From: the human T2T-CHM13v2.0 reference genome, Homo sapiens
NCBI RefSeq assembly: GCF_009914755.1
Contig: NC_060944.1
Reading direction: 5' to 3' (one strand)
Length of the DNA stretch: 64,000 bases
Below, one piece after another: positions 13,487 to 27,995 of the stretch (position 1 is its first letter; every line of letters begins with the position of its first letter). The notes under the pieces were generated by a model. The model was not told the origin of the DNA and searched no databases. It was given only the letters and a program-made list of their open reading frames with translations. The position numbers and the translations under genes are program-made.

Positions 13487-13830
13487 CTTCAACAAATATT
13501 TCTTGAGCTCTTACTATGTGCCCATAGGCATTGAGAATATGGTGGTGAAGAAAATGAAACTCAAGGTTTCAAGGACAATAGTCTTCTGGGGAAACTAGCC
13601 AATAAGCATGCCAACAAATGCGTCTGTAAACTGGGGGAAGTGCTATAAAAAGAAAGACTGGAGAACTACTATTGAGAAGAAGGGAAGCTCATTCCAGAAA
13701 AAGAAAACAATGCTCGCAAATCCCTGAGGCTGGAAATAATTTCCCTACTGGATTTAAGCAACTGAGAAAAGACCACCGCATTCAAGCATAAAGAGAAAAC
13801 ATGAGAGATGGATTTGCAAAGACATGCAAA
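13487..13830 (-). mobile_element. L2 fragment
   Basis: ttcaacaaatatttcttgagctcttactatgtgcc is the reversed L2 3' end. Confidence 0.6.
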
Positions 13831-15679
13831 GAATTTTTTTCCTTTTGCAATCACTTCTGATTTTACCTTTTCTGGATAACCTCTGGTAAAATATAATAAT
13901 CAAAATATTTAACTTATGAATCTAGCTAAGGGAAAGAAGGAATAGAAAATTAAATGTATGAACCAATTCCCCGTAAATTGTAATTTTCTAAACAACTGGA
14001 TTCTGAGCAGTCAATAAATACACATTGAGTAATCTACTATGTTTATTATATGTTCAAACTTTCAGACCAATGTCAACTGCAGGCAAATTTAAAAGGAAAA
14101 TGAGATTCAAATAACATGAGTTATGTTTAAATTAGAAAAAATTATCTCTAACAAATTAAATGTAATGATAATTATCTGAAGTTGGAGAAAACTTTAAAAA
14201 ACCTCTATGCTAAAACTTTGAAAAATTATTATTCATAGTAAAGTATAATTTACTTGGATGACTTATAGAATTAGAATGCTTTTTAAAAATCTAAAAACCA
14301 AAGACTGTTTCAGAGCTAGGAAATAAATGTTTCTGTGAACTGACTATGACGTATCAAAACTCTGTTTTAAATCTCTGTGATAATTTCATTCCTACATAAC
14401 AATGACTCTAGAAAATATCCACTAATTAGCAAAAAATTTTGGCCATATTCACAAGAGGTATTTTAAACAAGCCACGGAAGAAAAGGGTTATATAAATCAT
14501 AGTTGGTTCTGCATAAATGGGAGCATATTTTGTAGCCAAGTCATTTAAGCTAGATTTAATTGTGCTCTGTAAATAGATATATTACCAGAAACACAGTGGA
14601 TGTCCTGTTGAGATTTCTTTTTAAAACATGATATTACTGCACATTGTTAGGGATAAATAAGGCACTTGAACTTGTATCCTGGCCGACGTGATCCACTAGA
14701 ATAACATATTCCTTTAGAAGATGCTACTCTTTAGAAATCACAGTTGCTAGCCTGAAGTTACCCTAATTGTTAAAAGGTAGTACTGTATCCAAAGAGAGAG
14801 ACAAAGCAATTACTGTCCTTCTGTTAACAACCCAAGCATATTTTCCAGTGAGACCCTTGAAAACTGTTCCGTGTTCAAAAAATTACCACTTTACCCACAA
14901 ACTTTCTGAGAACTGAAAATAGTTTATTTGCACCAAATTCCCTTGATTTAAGGCTTATTAACTTGAAAAGAGCTCAGTGACATTTGGAATTGTATAATAG
15001 TCTTGCCACAGCACTGGCATACGGAGTTGCATTTTAACGAAGAAGATCAGGAATAAACCCATGTATTTGTTTCAAATAATAAAGTTTACTGTAGTTGATG
15101 GGCACACATGTAATACAAAGAGAAATTAATTATTTTAAATTTGAAGAATTGTATAAATTTTACTAAATACTATGAATAAAATGTATAAAATAACTTCTGT
15201 GTGTAACTTATTAGTATGTTGCCTTTCTTCTGTGCCTTACATCCTGAATATAAATCAGAAGCAATCACTTTTGTAGTTGTGATTCTTAATATGACTAATA
15301 TCAAAATTCTACTTTAAAACCAAATTAAGTATTCCGTTCATTATGAGTGATTTACTGGTAGTTATTTCATGTATTCCATGGCTAATTCAATGTTTTATTT
15401 ATAGTTTCAGAATAAAAATATTGACAGTATATTGAATTTCTGAATTTACTGGGAAATTGTCCATCAACTTGTCAAGAAAAACAAGTCTATATGTGGACTT
15501 TATTCATTAGAGTCTGCTTCAGTGAATTAATATATTTTAAAATAACATTTTTTCTGATTTTTTTCCAAAATTTAAGTACCCATTTCTCATATAATTATTT
15601 TTTAAATCAAGAAATATATAACGAAGAAAATGCAGACCACCGTCCCAAAACTAATAGGAATATTTAGTGTACTGGTTTA

Positions 15680-15922
15680 CAGTATAAGGTATAGAATTAA
15701 GCAACTCAGATTCAAAATATAGTCATTGTGACCTCATCACACCCATTTGCTCAACCCAGGACCTTAGACAAGTTTTGTAACCTCCTAGCACTTGTGTGTT
15801 CCTATCTATAAAAGTAGTACAGTAATAATGCCAACTGCATAGAGTTGATGGGATTACATGAAAATATTCAAGTAAAGCTCATAGAACTATGTTTGATATA
15901 CTGTAAATGCTAATTATTATTC
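15680..15922 (+). mobile_element. MIR
   Basis: gaccttagacaagtt...ttcctatctataaaagt...aataatgccaactgcatagagttg. Confidence 0.6.
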
Positions 15923-16329
15923 TCATTTTGAGTATTTTTCATATGCATATATTGGGGGGATCTTGTTTTTATTTTTAATTTGGCATTTGGATATGACATT
16001 ACCAGGTCTATGGAATCTAGAAATGCAAATGCCACCAGTACTACCACCAAGATTGTTAAAATCTTTTCCCTTTTGAGATTCCTTGTATATAAGCATGGTA
16101 TTGAAACACTTCCATTTTTTCAAGTTTGCCAGTACTTTGCAGTTTCTAAAATAAATGGGCCTCATTCAGATTACTAATTTAGATTATACTAGCCTTCTTA
16201 AGTCATCCTTCAAAAAGGCCAAACAACAACAAGTCATCACTGACAGTGCGTTTTGTATTGGGTGCCTGATGTGATGGACCACGTCCTGGATTAAAACAGA
16301 AGACCCAAGGTCTGGTATCATCTCCTGGG

Positions 16330-16640
16330 TTCATCCAGCAAACACTGATTAGGTATCTATTATATACCAGGCACCATGCTGGGAACACAAAGGAATTAAA
16401 TAAGAGATTGTCATGTCACTCAAAAGCTCATAGTTCAGTAGAAAATAAGAAATATAAAAAATAAAGGAAAAGCTGTGAAATGGATGCAATGATGAAGATA
16501 GATAAAGGGAGACTGTGAACACAAAGAAAAAGTAGTGTCATGTCTAGCTGATGTGGTCAGGAAGGGTTCACGGAGGAATATTTGAACATTGGGCAGGATC
16601 TTTAGAGTATTAGACCTTGGATTTCCTCCTAGACAAACAG
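16330..16640 (-). mobile_element. L2 fragment
   Basis: ttcatccagcaaacactgatt...ccaggcaccatgctggg...aagctcatagt. Confidence 0.6.
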
Positions 16641-17204
16641 GAAAAATGAATCCGTGCCATTCACTTCACCAAGCTGTGAGATTGAGAAAGAGAAAGTCTG
16701 TGAATTAGCTTTGTGAATTTCAGTCTTGTTTAAGATGCAAGGAATTAGGGATTATCCATAGCTTTTACCTAAACATCTCCCCTATAGCCTTTCATCTCAG
16801 CTTTTAATGATGCTTACTTATTTTAACTCCTCTTTATGGAACATTTTTTCTTCCATTTTCACCTACTAACCCCAAAGACTTTGGGGTATCCTCATCAGTC
16901 AAGTTGGGCAAGAGAAAAATGAGACAAAGAAAATCAGCTGTATTGAAATATTTTCTTTCTTCAATATGCTATCATCCAACTCGCAATGAAAATAATGTTG
17001 TGTTTATTCAGATTATCTCTTTAATTTGACTCCTCCTAATTCATAGCTGGTACATAAACAATGCTAAGATTTTAGTAAAGCATATTGTTCTATCAAATTA
17101 TGTGTCAGGACTCTTACGTAAATGATGTTAGTTAAATTTGATATTTCAAAGGAAATAACAGCACATGCGTGCTCGCTATCCATTTCTCCACACTTCTCAA
17201 TAAA

Positions 17205-17500
17205 TTACATCCATTCATTTAGTAAATATTTATTTATACCTACTGTATGTGGCACACTGGAAATAGAGCCATTAACAGACAAGACACATATCCTAGCTCG
17301 TGTACATCTGCAGATTAGCAAAGACTAGACAGAATTGTATAGCTGGGAGCACAATACATTGAGTGTTGAAATGTGAGACATGCAAGGTGTGATGTGTGCA
17401 CAACTGGAAGACAAAATCCAGTTCAAGGGGAAGGCAAGGCTTTCCAGAAAAAGAAGTTATAAATAGACGGGAAGGAAAAGAGAGGTCAGTAAGTGAAGGA
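17205..17500 (-). mobile_element. L2 fragment
   Basis: catccattcatttagtaaatatttattt...cctactgtatgtggcacactg. Confidence 0.55.
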
Positions 17501-18926
17501 TGACAATTATTGCTATCCTTAGATCAAATTAATTTATGTGTACGTTGAGTGAAGTTGGTGAAAGGGGGAATGAGGTGAACTCTTTTTAGTAGGGAAAATA
17601 GGAGAACACCCTTGGGGTTCATAAAATCCAGTAAAGCTGGAGGCACTTGAGTTGGCCAGCAGTGCCATTGAGCATGTTCTTGCAATTGATTTTAAATATT
17701 TCTCTTCCTTGTGTCTAACAGCCAATGAGTATGGTAGATAGGGTCATTTTCATCTATTAAAACCATTTACAGAGCTCCTGGTGTCCACTTAGAGAGAGGG
17801 TGGTACTGAAAAGTGAGCACTCTCCGGCTAAAGAGATTTCTCTCTTTCTATAAATCAAGAGGACTTTTGGAAACCTGCTTGCAGGTTATACTTGTTCCCT
17901 TTTTATGAATGGCAAAATACTAATAAAACAATTCACAAGAAGTCCCCACTGCTCTTGGATTTGACCGCTTGTGCTTATTTCAAAGTTTGTGCCCAAGTAG
18001 CCCAAGTTATAATGATACAACACATCTATGTATAATGATTCATGTATTGTTCGGTTGTCTCAAAATTCTGTTTTGCAAAATAGATTTTTTCTATCTCTGT
18101 AAATGGATTTAGCAAAGGAAATATTACTTCATTCATTCAATCCACAAATACGGGTCTTCTGCTGTCTGCCAAGTGGTGAGCTAAGTTCTCCTATCTGTTT
18201 GCAAGTGGTGAACAACTTCAGACAATAATTTTTAGACATTTGTATAACTGTACATTTCAAAACCTATGAAAATAGTCAAAGGAAGGGTGTGTTCTTTTGT
18301 TTAAGGGCTTGAAAAATAAAAATAATCACATTAACACATACCTGAAATAGGAAGACTGCATGAAAAATGTCTTTCCTGTTAACAAAGGCTTGAATACATG
18401 CTTCCGGTTTCCATGGCAGCCCAACCAAACAGAAAAATAAGTCATAGAAGTGGCCTTTTATATCAATGACTTGCTTCCTAAACAATAGGACCAGGAGCAG
18501 TCAGTGAAAAAATAATGACTGGTGCTGTCCTACTTATGAAAACTGTTTTACAACTTATCAGATTATTTAAACCAGAGGGAACATAGTTTGAAAATAATTG
18601 ACACAAAATTGGAATTTATGTTTTCATTTTGACTATGTCTGTCTCTAGGGTCATTACTTAAAAAAAGAAAAAAAAAGATTCAAGTAGGAAAAAAAAAAAA
18701 ACCTAAAAATAATTCTGTCAAACAGACTATCTTTCCTAGATCTAACTTGCTTTAGAAAATGTATATAGGAAATTGCATTAACATCCCTTTAGCAGGAGAC
18801 AATTCTTAAACTTAAATTAAACTGAAAAAGCCACAGAAAAAAGGGTTTGACACCCTAAAGCCAGTGTCCAAATGAACGCTACGGTTGACCTCATAGGTGT
18901 GTTATGAATGTTTACCCTGACCTCCT

Positions 18927-19049
18927 AGAAGAAAAGGAAAAAGAAAGGAAAGAGAGAGGGAGAAGGTGAGGGAAGGGAGGAAGAAAAGAAAGGAGAGAAA
19001 AGAAGACAGAGAAAAAACAGGGAGGGAGGAAGCTGGGGAAGGAAAAAGA
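18927..19049 (+). repeat. Purine-rich (GA) low-complexity tract upstream of the exon 8 acceptor
   Basis: About 120 nt of almost only A/G, ending about 30 nt before the 3' splice site. Confidence 0.85.
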
Positions 19050-19060
19050 CCATTTGCTGA

Positions 19061-19183
<123 letters not shown>

Positions 19184-20435
19184 TAAGAGTACACATTTTA
19201 AGCCATATCTTTTTCAGCTTGCATTGATTCTCAGGTGGCTAGAGCAGGACTTGGAGTGGTAATTGGAGATGGAAGAACATCATACACTGTGTCTAAAAGC
19301 AATATTCCTGTGTGATGTTTTGGATAGGATCACACAATCTTGCCCCTGAGGTGCAACCACTGCTTTTAATGAGTACAAGTTTGCTGTGATATATTGCTGG
19401 AGGTAGTTGTTTTTGTATGCTCAGATAACTTTGTATGGTTGAAGGATTATGGGTAGAACAGGGAGTCATCTTGGCTTAGCAGAAATAGACTCATGTCGCA
19501 GGAAGAACTCTGGATTGGGAACCAGTTATTTTATCTCTCTGAGCCACATTAGCGACATGAGAAGTTTGGATTACTAAGAACCCTCTCAGCTGAAGAATTA
19601 TTTGCTTTTCTGTTAGAAATTATAAACTTATATCAAGGCATTACCTTTTTTTGAAAGATTAGAAGAAAAAAGGAAAAAAAAGAAAGAAACCAAAGCACTA
19701 AGGCAAATGTGGGGAAAGTAGCAGTTTACCTTTCTTAAAATACTGAAATCCACATGACAGAAAATCAATACAAAATGTGGTAAACAAAATAAGGATTTCT
19801 TCAAATGGAAGACAGGTAAACAGTACTGCTGAAAATGACATTGCATATTCTTGCTTTGTGCTGTTCATTGCCATCATATATTTACTGAACATCTGCAACA
19901 TTTGTACCACTGAATTTGTCTTTAGATGGTCAATACAATTGAAATGGGAAGTTTGAACAATATGTTGAGGAATTATACTCTCTTGTTGAAGCCTAACTGT
20001 AACTTTTAAAAACGCTCAAACGGGTTGTTTACTTTAAGTAATGACAATAAATACATCTTTAAATGATTACAGATATATGGAGTTGGATGATTAAATCAAA
20101 AATTTACTGTCATAATAAAAAAACCTCTGTGTTCGGTTTAGAGTGGTGCACCCTTATGCACATGATGCAGTGTTTTCCCACTGTGGGTTTTCTTACCCAT
20201 TTGGTATTTTGCAAGAGCATTGGGTTTTAGCGGTAGCAATTGCACAAGATATTTGTAGCCCATAGAGGTATAGAAATTATGGTGGAGAAGCACAGTGTTT
20301 TCAGGGCAAGATAGGAGTTTCAATATAGCATTTTCTTATCAAGTATAAGATTTTATTTCCCTAGAGTTAAATGCAAATATTAGAATGAAACTTAGTTTAA
20401 AAAATTCTTATTGCTTGGTTTTTCATTGTTTTTAG

Positions 20436-20602
20436 TGGTGCAAAAAGCAAACCATATCTTACCGTTGATCAGATGATGGATTTTATCAACCTTAAGCAGC
20501 GAGATCCTCGGCTTAATGAAATACTTTATCCACCTCTAAAACAAGAGCAAGTCCAAGTATTGATTGAGAAGTATGAACCCAACAACAGCCTCGCCAGAAA
20601 AG
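20436..20602 (+). CDS. PLCB1: PLCB1 coding exon (exon 9), EF-hand-like region
   Basis: gtttttag|TGGT...AAAAG|gtcagt; 167 nt; [55 protein letters not shown](G). Confidence 0.98.
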
Positions 20603-21606
20603 GTCAGTACTTTCTTTCACACCAAAGGGAAGCTCTTGTTTCTGATTGGGGGTAGTCACACGCTGGGAGTTAGGAACACCAGTGATCGTTAGGCTAGTTT
20701 CCTCTGTTTACAAGGCATTCCTTTAGGTCTGAAATCACTTGGTGGTTCAGTGCACTAGGTTTTTCTTTAAACTTTGGTGTGTGATTTTTTTGTCATTGTT
20801 GTTATATGTATAGATGCATGTAACATATTTTTAAAATGTCTAATCCTTTATTTTGTTTCAAATTCACGCAGTGACTGAATGCATATTTCATACAGGAAAT
20901 CACTATCTTTAGGTTACCCTTTTGTCTTTTTCTAGTAAGTTCTGTGAAGTGGCCCACAAGTTTTTCTAACGTTCTAAAACTGAAGGGAATATTTAGTCTG
21001 TGAGACCCTTATCTTTTTCCAGTATATACTATCTGATAAATACTATCTGATAAATTTTTCTACTTGGGGAAATAGTCTAAAATTTGGCTGTCTGTGTAAA
21101 AAAGCCTAGTGTTGTAAATACAAAACAATCCAAAAATTGATAGCCCAAAGACAGCTCTAAGTTACCTGGAAGTTTTTAAGAAATTTATATTTTTGATTCT
21201 GGGAAAATGAATTGCCAAAATAAGATCATGAAGATGTAATTACTGCAAATTTTCAACTATATGTGGCAGCACTGTCCCTGAACAAGATCTTCCACTGAGA
21301 AGACTAACTCTCATCTGGATTGAAATATCTTCACCAAGAAAATTAGTGTGTTATCACTGATGTTATTGCAGATTGCCTAGATATTCCATAGGGAGGAAAA
21401 TAAAGTACAATTAACCAATTATTGAAAAGAAATCAATTATATATTAATATGCAGGCATTTTCTAAAGTAACAGAAATAGCTCTAGCAAGCTTATGGTCAT
21501 CAATAAGAATGATTATCATAAAAGTAAATTTAAAAGTCTTTTAATCCATTGTGTTTAATCTGGAACTGGTCCTCTAAATTGAAAATGAAATCATGAAGTA
21601 TAAATG

Positions 21607-21934
<328 letters not shown>

Positions 21935-22739
21935 CTAAAAATCTATTAATCATATTCTACATGCTACTAGTTGGGAATTTTTAGATGCAATTTTTTAGTT
22001 TTCATTTGTTTTCTTGGTGAAGAACTTTGCCTTTGTTGTTGTTATCATTTTCACTGATGCTGTGAAGGTGAGATTAGTTAAAGGAAACAACTAGCCCAAC
22101 AGTATGTCTTGGCATGGCCAGGCCTGCCCCTCCAAACCTACTTAAATAGGTTGCCCTTCCTTCCCTAGTACACAAGAGATGAGATTTCCCCTTATCATGA
22201 AGCAGGGAACATCTTGGAGGTTTTGCCCATGTAGCTTAGCAGTTCTCTTCTAAAATCCAAACTTCTCCAAAAATAACGAACACATTGTTATAACAAATCC
22301 AACAACACTTCTAAAAATCAGTTAGCCCACGACACTAGGAAAACAAAAAGCTTTTCTGAAACCAGTGAAGCACTCCAAAGTGTAAGCCTTTTCCTTTTCT
22401 CCTTCCTTCACACCACACTGCTGATGGCACAGGCTTCAGCTGGTATCCAATGCCTCCATACATCATCCTCTGATGACTTGCACGATGTAGAGGGTACAAA
22501 GAGAAAAAATTGTGATAGATTACTGTAAAACCCCATAATCCTAGAAAAACTGATTTTGATTCTAATGGAAATTAAGATGATGTCTCCTAGCATTTGCAAA
22601 ATTATTTAGTGCCATTTTATGAATTTCAAATCGAAAGAGGCACACAAGATATTTAAAAATTTAAATATTTTTAAAGGCAACTTTATCTGTTTTTCTATAC
22701 CTTAATATGACATTGATCACAAAACCTCTGTGTCAACCT

Positions 22740-22985
22740 TAATAGCAGTATAAAGAAGCAACATAGAATAATGGTTCCACTTTTGAGTTTCAAAGCTGAG
22801 ATCCACCTCACTAGTTTCATAGCCTTATGCTTAACTTCTCTATGCCTTAATTATTTCATCTTCAAAATTAAGGACAGAAGAATTCTTGATATGCTTTTCA
22901 TAGATTTGAATTAAATAATACCTGCAAAGCATTTGGAAAGAAGAATCTGGGCCTGTGTAATGTGATAAATAAGTGTTAACTCTTC
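22740..22985 (+). mobile_element. MIR
   Basis: cttaacttctctatgccttaattatttcatcttcaaaat...aataatacctgcaaagcatt. Confidence 0.55.
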
Positions 22986-23840
22986 TCAATGTTTTGAAGT
23001 GTAGTATGTTGGTTTTCATTCCTCAGGTGTCGTTGTCCATTTTTTCTAGGAGATCCCATGATTTCTGGGCCTTAAACTTTCTTCTGTTTTCCCCAGCACC
23101 TAGAAGATGCACCTGCTCATGATGAAATCCTTAATGTAGACTTGTAGTTGTGATCTAATCAGTGACCCAAAGCATTTGTGCCCCAACTTATCACTTAAGA
23201 ATATTGCCTAGTGGTCTCTGTACAGAAAAATTTTGGCTAATGCTGTCTCTACCTAAAGCCTTATCTAGCACGTGGGAAGGACAGAGGCTTTGGAGTCCAA
23301 CGGTTAGAATATGGCTAAAGGGCCAGCCACCTGCTACCATATAACGTGCATCCTCAGTCACCCCAGGGGACTCCAGCACCCGTTCAGAAGTTCTGGCTGG
23401 CTGTATTTGTAGCTCCTTCTTCTCTAGAATCCATATGAAAGAAATTCAACTCTTGAGGAGTTAAAAGTCAAATTACAAAGACCTTAGTAGGGTCACTTCA
23501 GCTTTAAGGCATGTACACAAAAACGGACTCATGATAGCTGCCTTGTTTTAGGATAAAGGGAGATTGTGCCTGTTTATGTTTAGTTCAGCGCACACTAGTC
23601 ATTCAGTAAATGGCCTAAATTGTTATTATCACTGTTTAAAGCAGGCCAAATAGTACTAGAGGAAGCACACAGTCTCTGGTATTCTAGTCTTACAAACTCA
23701 AACTTACAAGCCAACCTACGTTAAGTAATTCATAACTTCAGTATTCAATAAATCTTCAGTGAAAGGCAAGAGGCTACACACAGTGACAGACCCAGAGATA
23801 AACCCTGTGCCCCTAGAGATTTGCACTCCTCTTAAAAGTG

Positions 23841-25485
23841 TATATATATATAATTATATAATTATTTATTATATAATGATATATAATTATATAATTATTT
23901 ATTATATAATTATATATAATTATATAATTATTTATTATATAATTATATATAATTATATAATTATTTATTATATAATTATATATAATTATATAATTATTTA
24001 TTATATAATTATATATAATTATATAATTATTTATTATATAATTATATATAATTATATAATTATTTATTATATAATTATATATAATTATATAATTATTTAT
24101 TATATAATTATATATAATTATATAATTATTTATTATATAATTATATATAATTATATAATTATTTATTATATAATTATATATAATATACAATTATTTATTA
24201 TATAATTATATATAATATACAATTATTTATTATATAATTATATATAATTATATATTTATTATATTTATTATACAGTTATATAATAAATATATAATTATAT
24301 ATAAATATATAATTATATATAATTATATATATATAATTATATGTAATTATATATAATTATATAATTATTATATAATTGTATATAATATATAATTATATAA
24401 TTATATATTATTTATTATATAATATATAATTATATAATTATATATTATTTATTATATAATATATAATTATATAATTATATATTATTTATTATATAATTAT
24501 ATATTATTTATTATATATATTATTTATTATATAATTATATAATTATATATTATTTATTATATAATTATATATTATTTATTATATAATATATAATTATATA
24601 TTATTTATTATATAATATATAATTATATATTATTTATTATATAATTATATATTATGTATTATATAATATATAATTATATATTATGTATTATATAATTATA
24701 TAATTATATATTATTTATTATATAATTATATAATTATATATTATTTATTACATAATTATATATTATTTATTACATAAGTATATATTATTTATTACATAAG
24801 TATATATCACTTATTATATAATTGTATATAATTATTTATTATATAATTGCATATAATTATTTATTATATAATTGTATATAGTTATTTATTATATAATTCT
24901 ATATAGTTATTTATTATATAATTCTATATAATTATTTATTATCTAATTCTATATTATATATAATTATTTATTATCTAATTCTATATTATATATAATTATT
25001 TATTATATAATTCTATATTATATATAATTATTTATTATATAATTCTATATTATATATAATTATTATATAATTCTATATATAATTATTTATTATATAATTC
25101 TATACATAAGTATTTATTATATAATTATGTATATAATTATTTATTATATAATTATGTATAATATGTAATTATTTATTATATAATTATGTATAATATATAA
25201 TTGTTTATTATATAATTATGTATAATATATAATTATTTATTATATAATTATGTATAATATATAATTATTTATTATATAATTATGTGTTATGTATAATTAT
25301 TTATTATATAATTATGTATAATATATATATAATTTTTTATTATATAATTATGTATAATATATAATTTTTTATAATTATGTGTAATATATAATTATTTATC
25401 ATATAATTACAATATATATTATTAACATAATATCTAAATATATTAATAATCTAATATCTATAATTAATATAATATATAAATATTA
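23841..25485. repeat. AT-rich minisatellite/VNTR; 33-bp unit (ATATAATTATATAATTATTTATTATATAATTAT) decaying into variant sub-arrays
   Basis: About 10 near-perfect 33-mers at about 23848-24180 (spurious ORF repeating IYNYIIIYYII), then blocks with marker substitutions (TACATAA, TTGTATA, TTCTATA, TATGTATA). Confidence 0.97.
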
Positions 25486-25489
25486 CTTC

Positions 25490-25620
25490 TTGAAATCCAA
25501 CGTGCACCTGAATCACCTGAGCCGTTGTTAAAATGCAGATTCGAGATCCTGCATTTCTAACAAGTTACTGGGTGAGGCAGAAGATGCTTAGCAAAGGCCC
25601 ACACCGAGTAGCAAAGCTCT
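25490..25620. mobile_element. MER5-type hAT DNA transposon fragment
   Basis: gaatcacctg...tgttaaaatgcagattc...ctgcatttctaacaag. Confidence 0.65.
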
Positions 25621-27436
25621 AAGAAGTAAAGAGAAGGCGCATTAAGCATGAAGATAATGAGATTTCTTCCTGTAGGGGACAGTTCATGGAAGAGATAACA
25701 TTTGGGCTGAATTGATTTTAACACAGATGAGCTACAGACTTTAAAACTTTAAACTTTTAGTCAAGTAGTTAATACATTTGGATCAATAAACACATAAGAA
25801 AATAAGTAGGGAAGTTTAGTATTACATTATAATTTATTCTTCTGCTGCTTTCATTTTAACTGTTTTCAGATGTGCCCAGGTGTTAGTTAAATTGGTGTTG
25901 ATCTCAGTGCTGATGTGGAAATTGAGTCTTATTTACCTGAGAAAGGCACTTCCATATAGCCTATACTTGTTATAAAATGCTAAGCATAAGATACACACAT
26001 AATATACATAATAGAATATAAACATATATATAACATATATATACACACAACATAGATATACACACAACATATAGTTGTGTGTGTATACACATACACAGAG
26101 ACACACACACAGTCTCTGATATCAATAAACATATCTTAAAGTAGGTGTTAAGCAAATAAATAATATACAAACCTGACATATGCTGTTTAGCTTTTATGTA
26201 CATTTTACATAATTTTTACATAAAAGATAGACTTGAAATTAAATGAAAAATTTTTAGTGTCACCAAAAGCCCAAATGCCAAAGCCGACCATAGTTTAGCT
26301 GACTAAAAGTGTGACACATGGAAGTATGAAATGAAACTCCAGAAGAGACAATAGACTTTGATCTTCTGAGGACCTGCTGTAATTAGCATGTCAGCCACAT
26401 CTCCATGCTGGAATTTCTGTTTTGGGAGATGTGTATATTGGTTATAAATAATCAGAGGATTTCTGTGCAGTCTAAGGCCAAATGGGTCATGTATGTGGGT
26501 TCCAGAAAGAGAGAATTTGAAGCTTGTCACAGAGGATACTATTCTCCTGGGAGTGTGGTTTATTTTTACTATTTAAAAATTACACATTGAAAAATGCCAT
26601 GGCCTCTGGTCAGCAAAAGTTTTTTCCTTTCCATCTTGTTTGCACTGTAGACTTAAATATTCCTGGCACAGGAATATGCAATGACCCCTGCCTCTTCCAA
26701 ACAAAATGTTCATGAATATCGTACTTTCAAGATCAGTGTCTCCAAAACAGTTATTTTTTATCACTTAAACTCTTCAGATGAAAGACAGTGAGTAAAATTA
26801 GCATGAAAAATAGAATAGCTCTATAGGTACCTTTGGTAACAGAATGCAGACTTCAACTGATATATCTATAAATGAAGTCCAAATTTTACTTAAATAAACT
26901 GCCAAACCAAAAGAAAGCAGTAATTTTTTTCATGCTTTTATTCTGTGGAGATCAGGTGTTCATGAGTGTTTGTTAAATAATTGAATTAATGTAGCAGATT
27001 ATAATAGCAGATGTTTCAAACTACATTCCTTTTATCATCAGTTCTTCCTCCTAAATTTTTATAAGGTATACTATACAAAAGCGTCCCCACTTTGTTGTAA
27101 TTAAGTCATAAAAATGAAGCTCTATAATCCCTTTTAGTGATCACTACTCGCTGAGTTAATAGTTTAATAGTTGAAATGAACTCAAGATTATAATGGCGAA
27201 GCAATTTGGTTTTAGGCAAAGTTCAGATACAGCAAGTGCTTTAGCTTTTTTTCCTTTAAATAGACCTAAGCCAATAATGATTGTATCAGTAGGAAAAAAA
27301 AACCCTATTGCATTTTCAATATAGTTTTATTTAAAGTATTATACAATTAAGCTATATTCTCTCACTGTCAACACCAAGAAATAGGCTGAGAGTGATAGAA
27401 AGAGACTGGACTTGGGAAACTTGAAAACTGTAGTTT

Positions 27437-27995
27437 TAGTTGAGACTCCTTCAGTTGAAAAACGGCAGAAACTTAACTCAAACTAAAGCACTGAATAAAT
27501 TTGCTTGTGCATATAAGCAAAAAGTCAAGGTGTTAATGGTTTCAGGCATGACTATATCCAGGAGCTCAAGTCATGTTATCGATAATTGTCTTTTTTCATC
27601 TCTCATCATTTTCTCATACTGGCTCTAGTTCTTGGGCAGATTTTCCTGAATGATAAGACAGCCACCAGCAGCGCCAAGCCTATAGCTCACCAGTCCTAGT
27701 ATACAGAAATCCTTTTTACTCATGGTTCCTGTGAAAGTCCCAGAATCCAGGGCATGGCTTCGGTCACTCAAGGCCACTTCTAAATTAGAATCACAGTGTC
27801 CTGAAGGATGGGATAAAAATAAATGGACAGGCTTAAGTCATATGACTCCCCCTAGAGCCCATAAGGGGTCAACTACCTAAAGCACAAACCACACGGACCG
27901 ACAATTGGAGAGAGATGGTTCCCTAAAATTCAACCAGGATGTGCTTCCTAAAGGAAGGAATAGTGGTCTCTTGGCAAATGAAAAGAGTAGATCAC
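27437..27995 (-). mobile_element. Old MaLR LTR (MLT1-type)
   Basis: cagaaacttaactcaaacta...ttcaggcatgactatatccaggagctcaa. Confidence 0.5.

Noticed and set aside
23759-24205. 148/125-aa I/Y/N-repeat ORFs on both strands
   Set aside because: Translation of the 33-bp AT repeat (11-aa period), not a gene.
23841-25485. CRISPR-like repeat array
   Set aside because: No unique spacers; a contiguous eukaryotic minisatellite.
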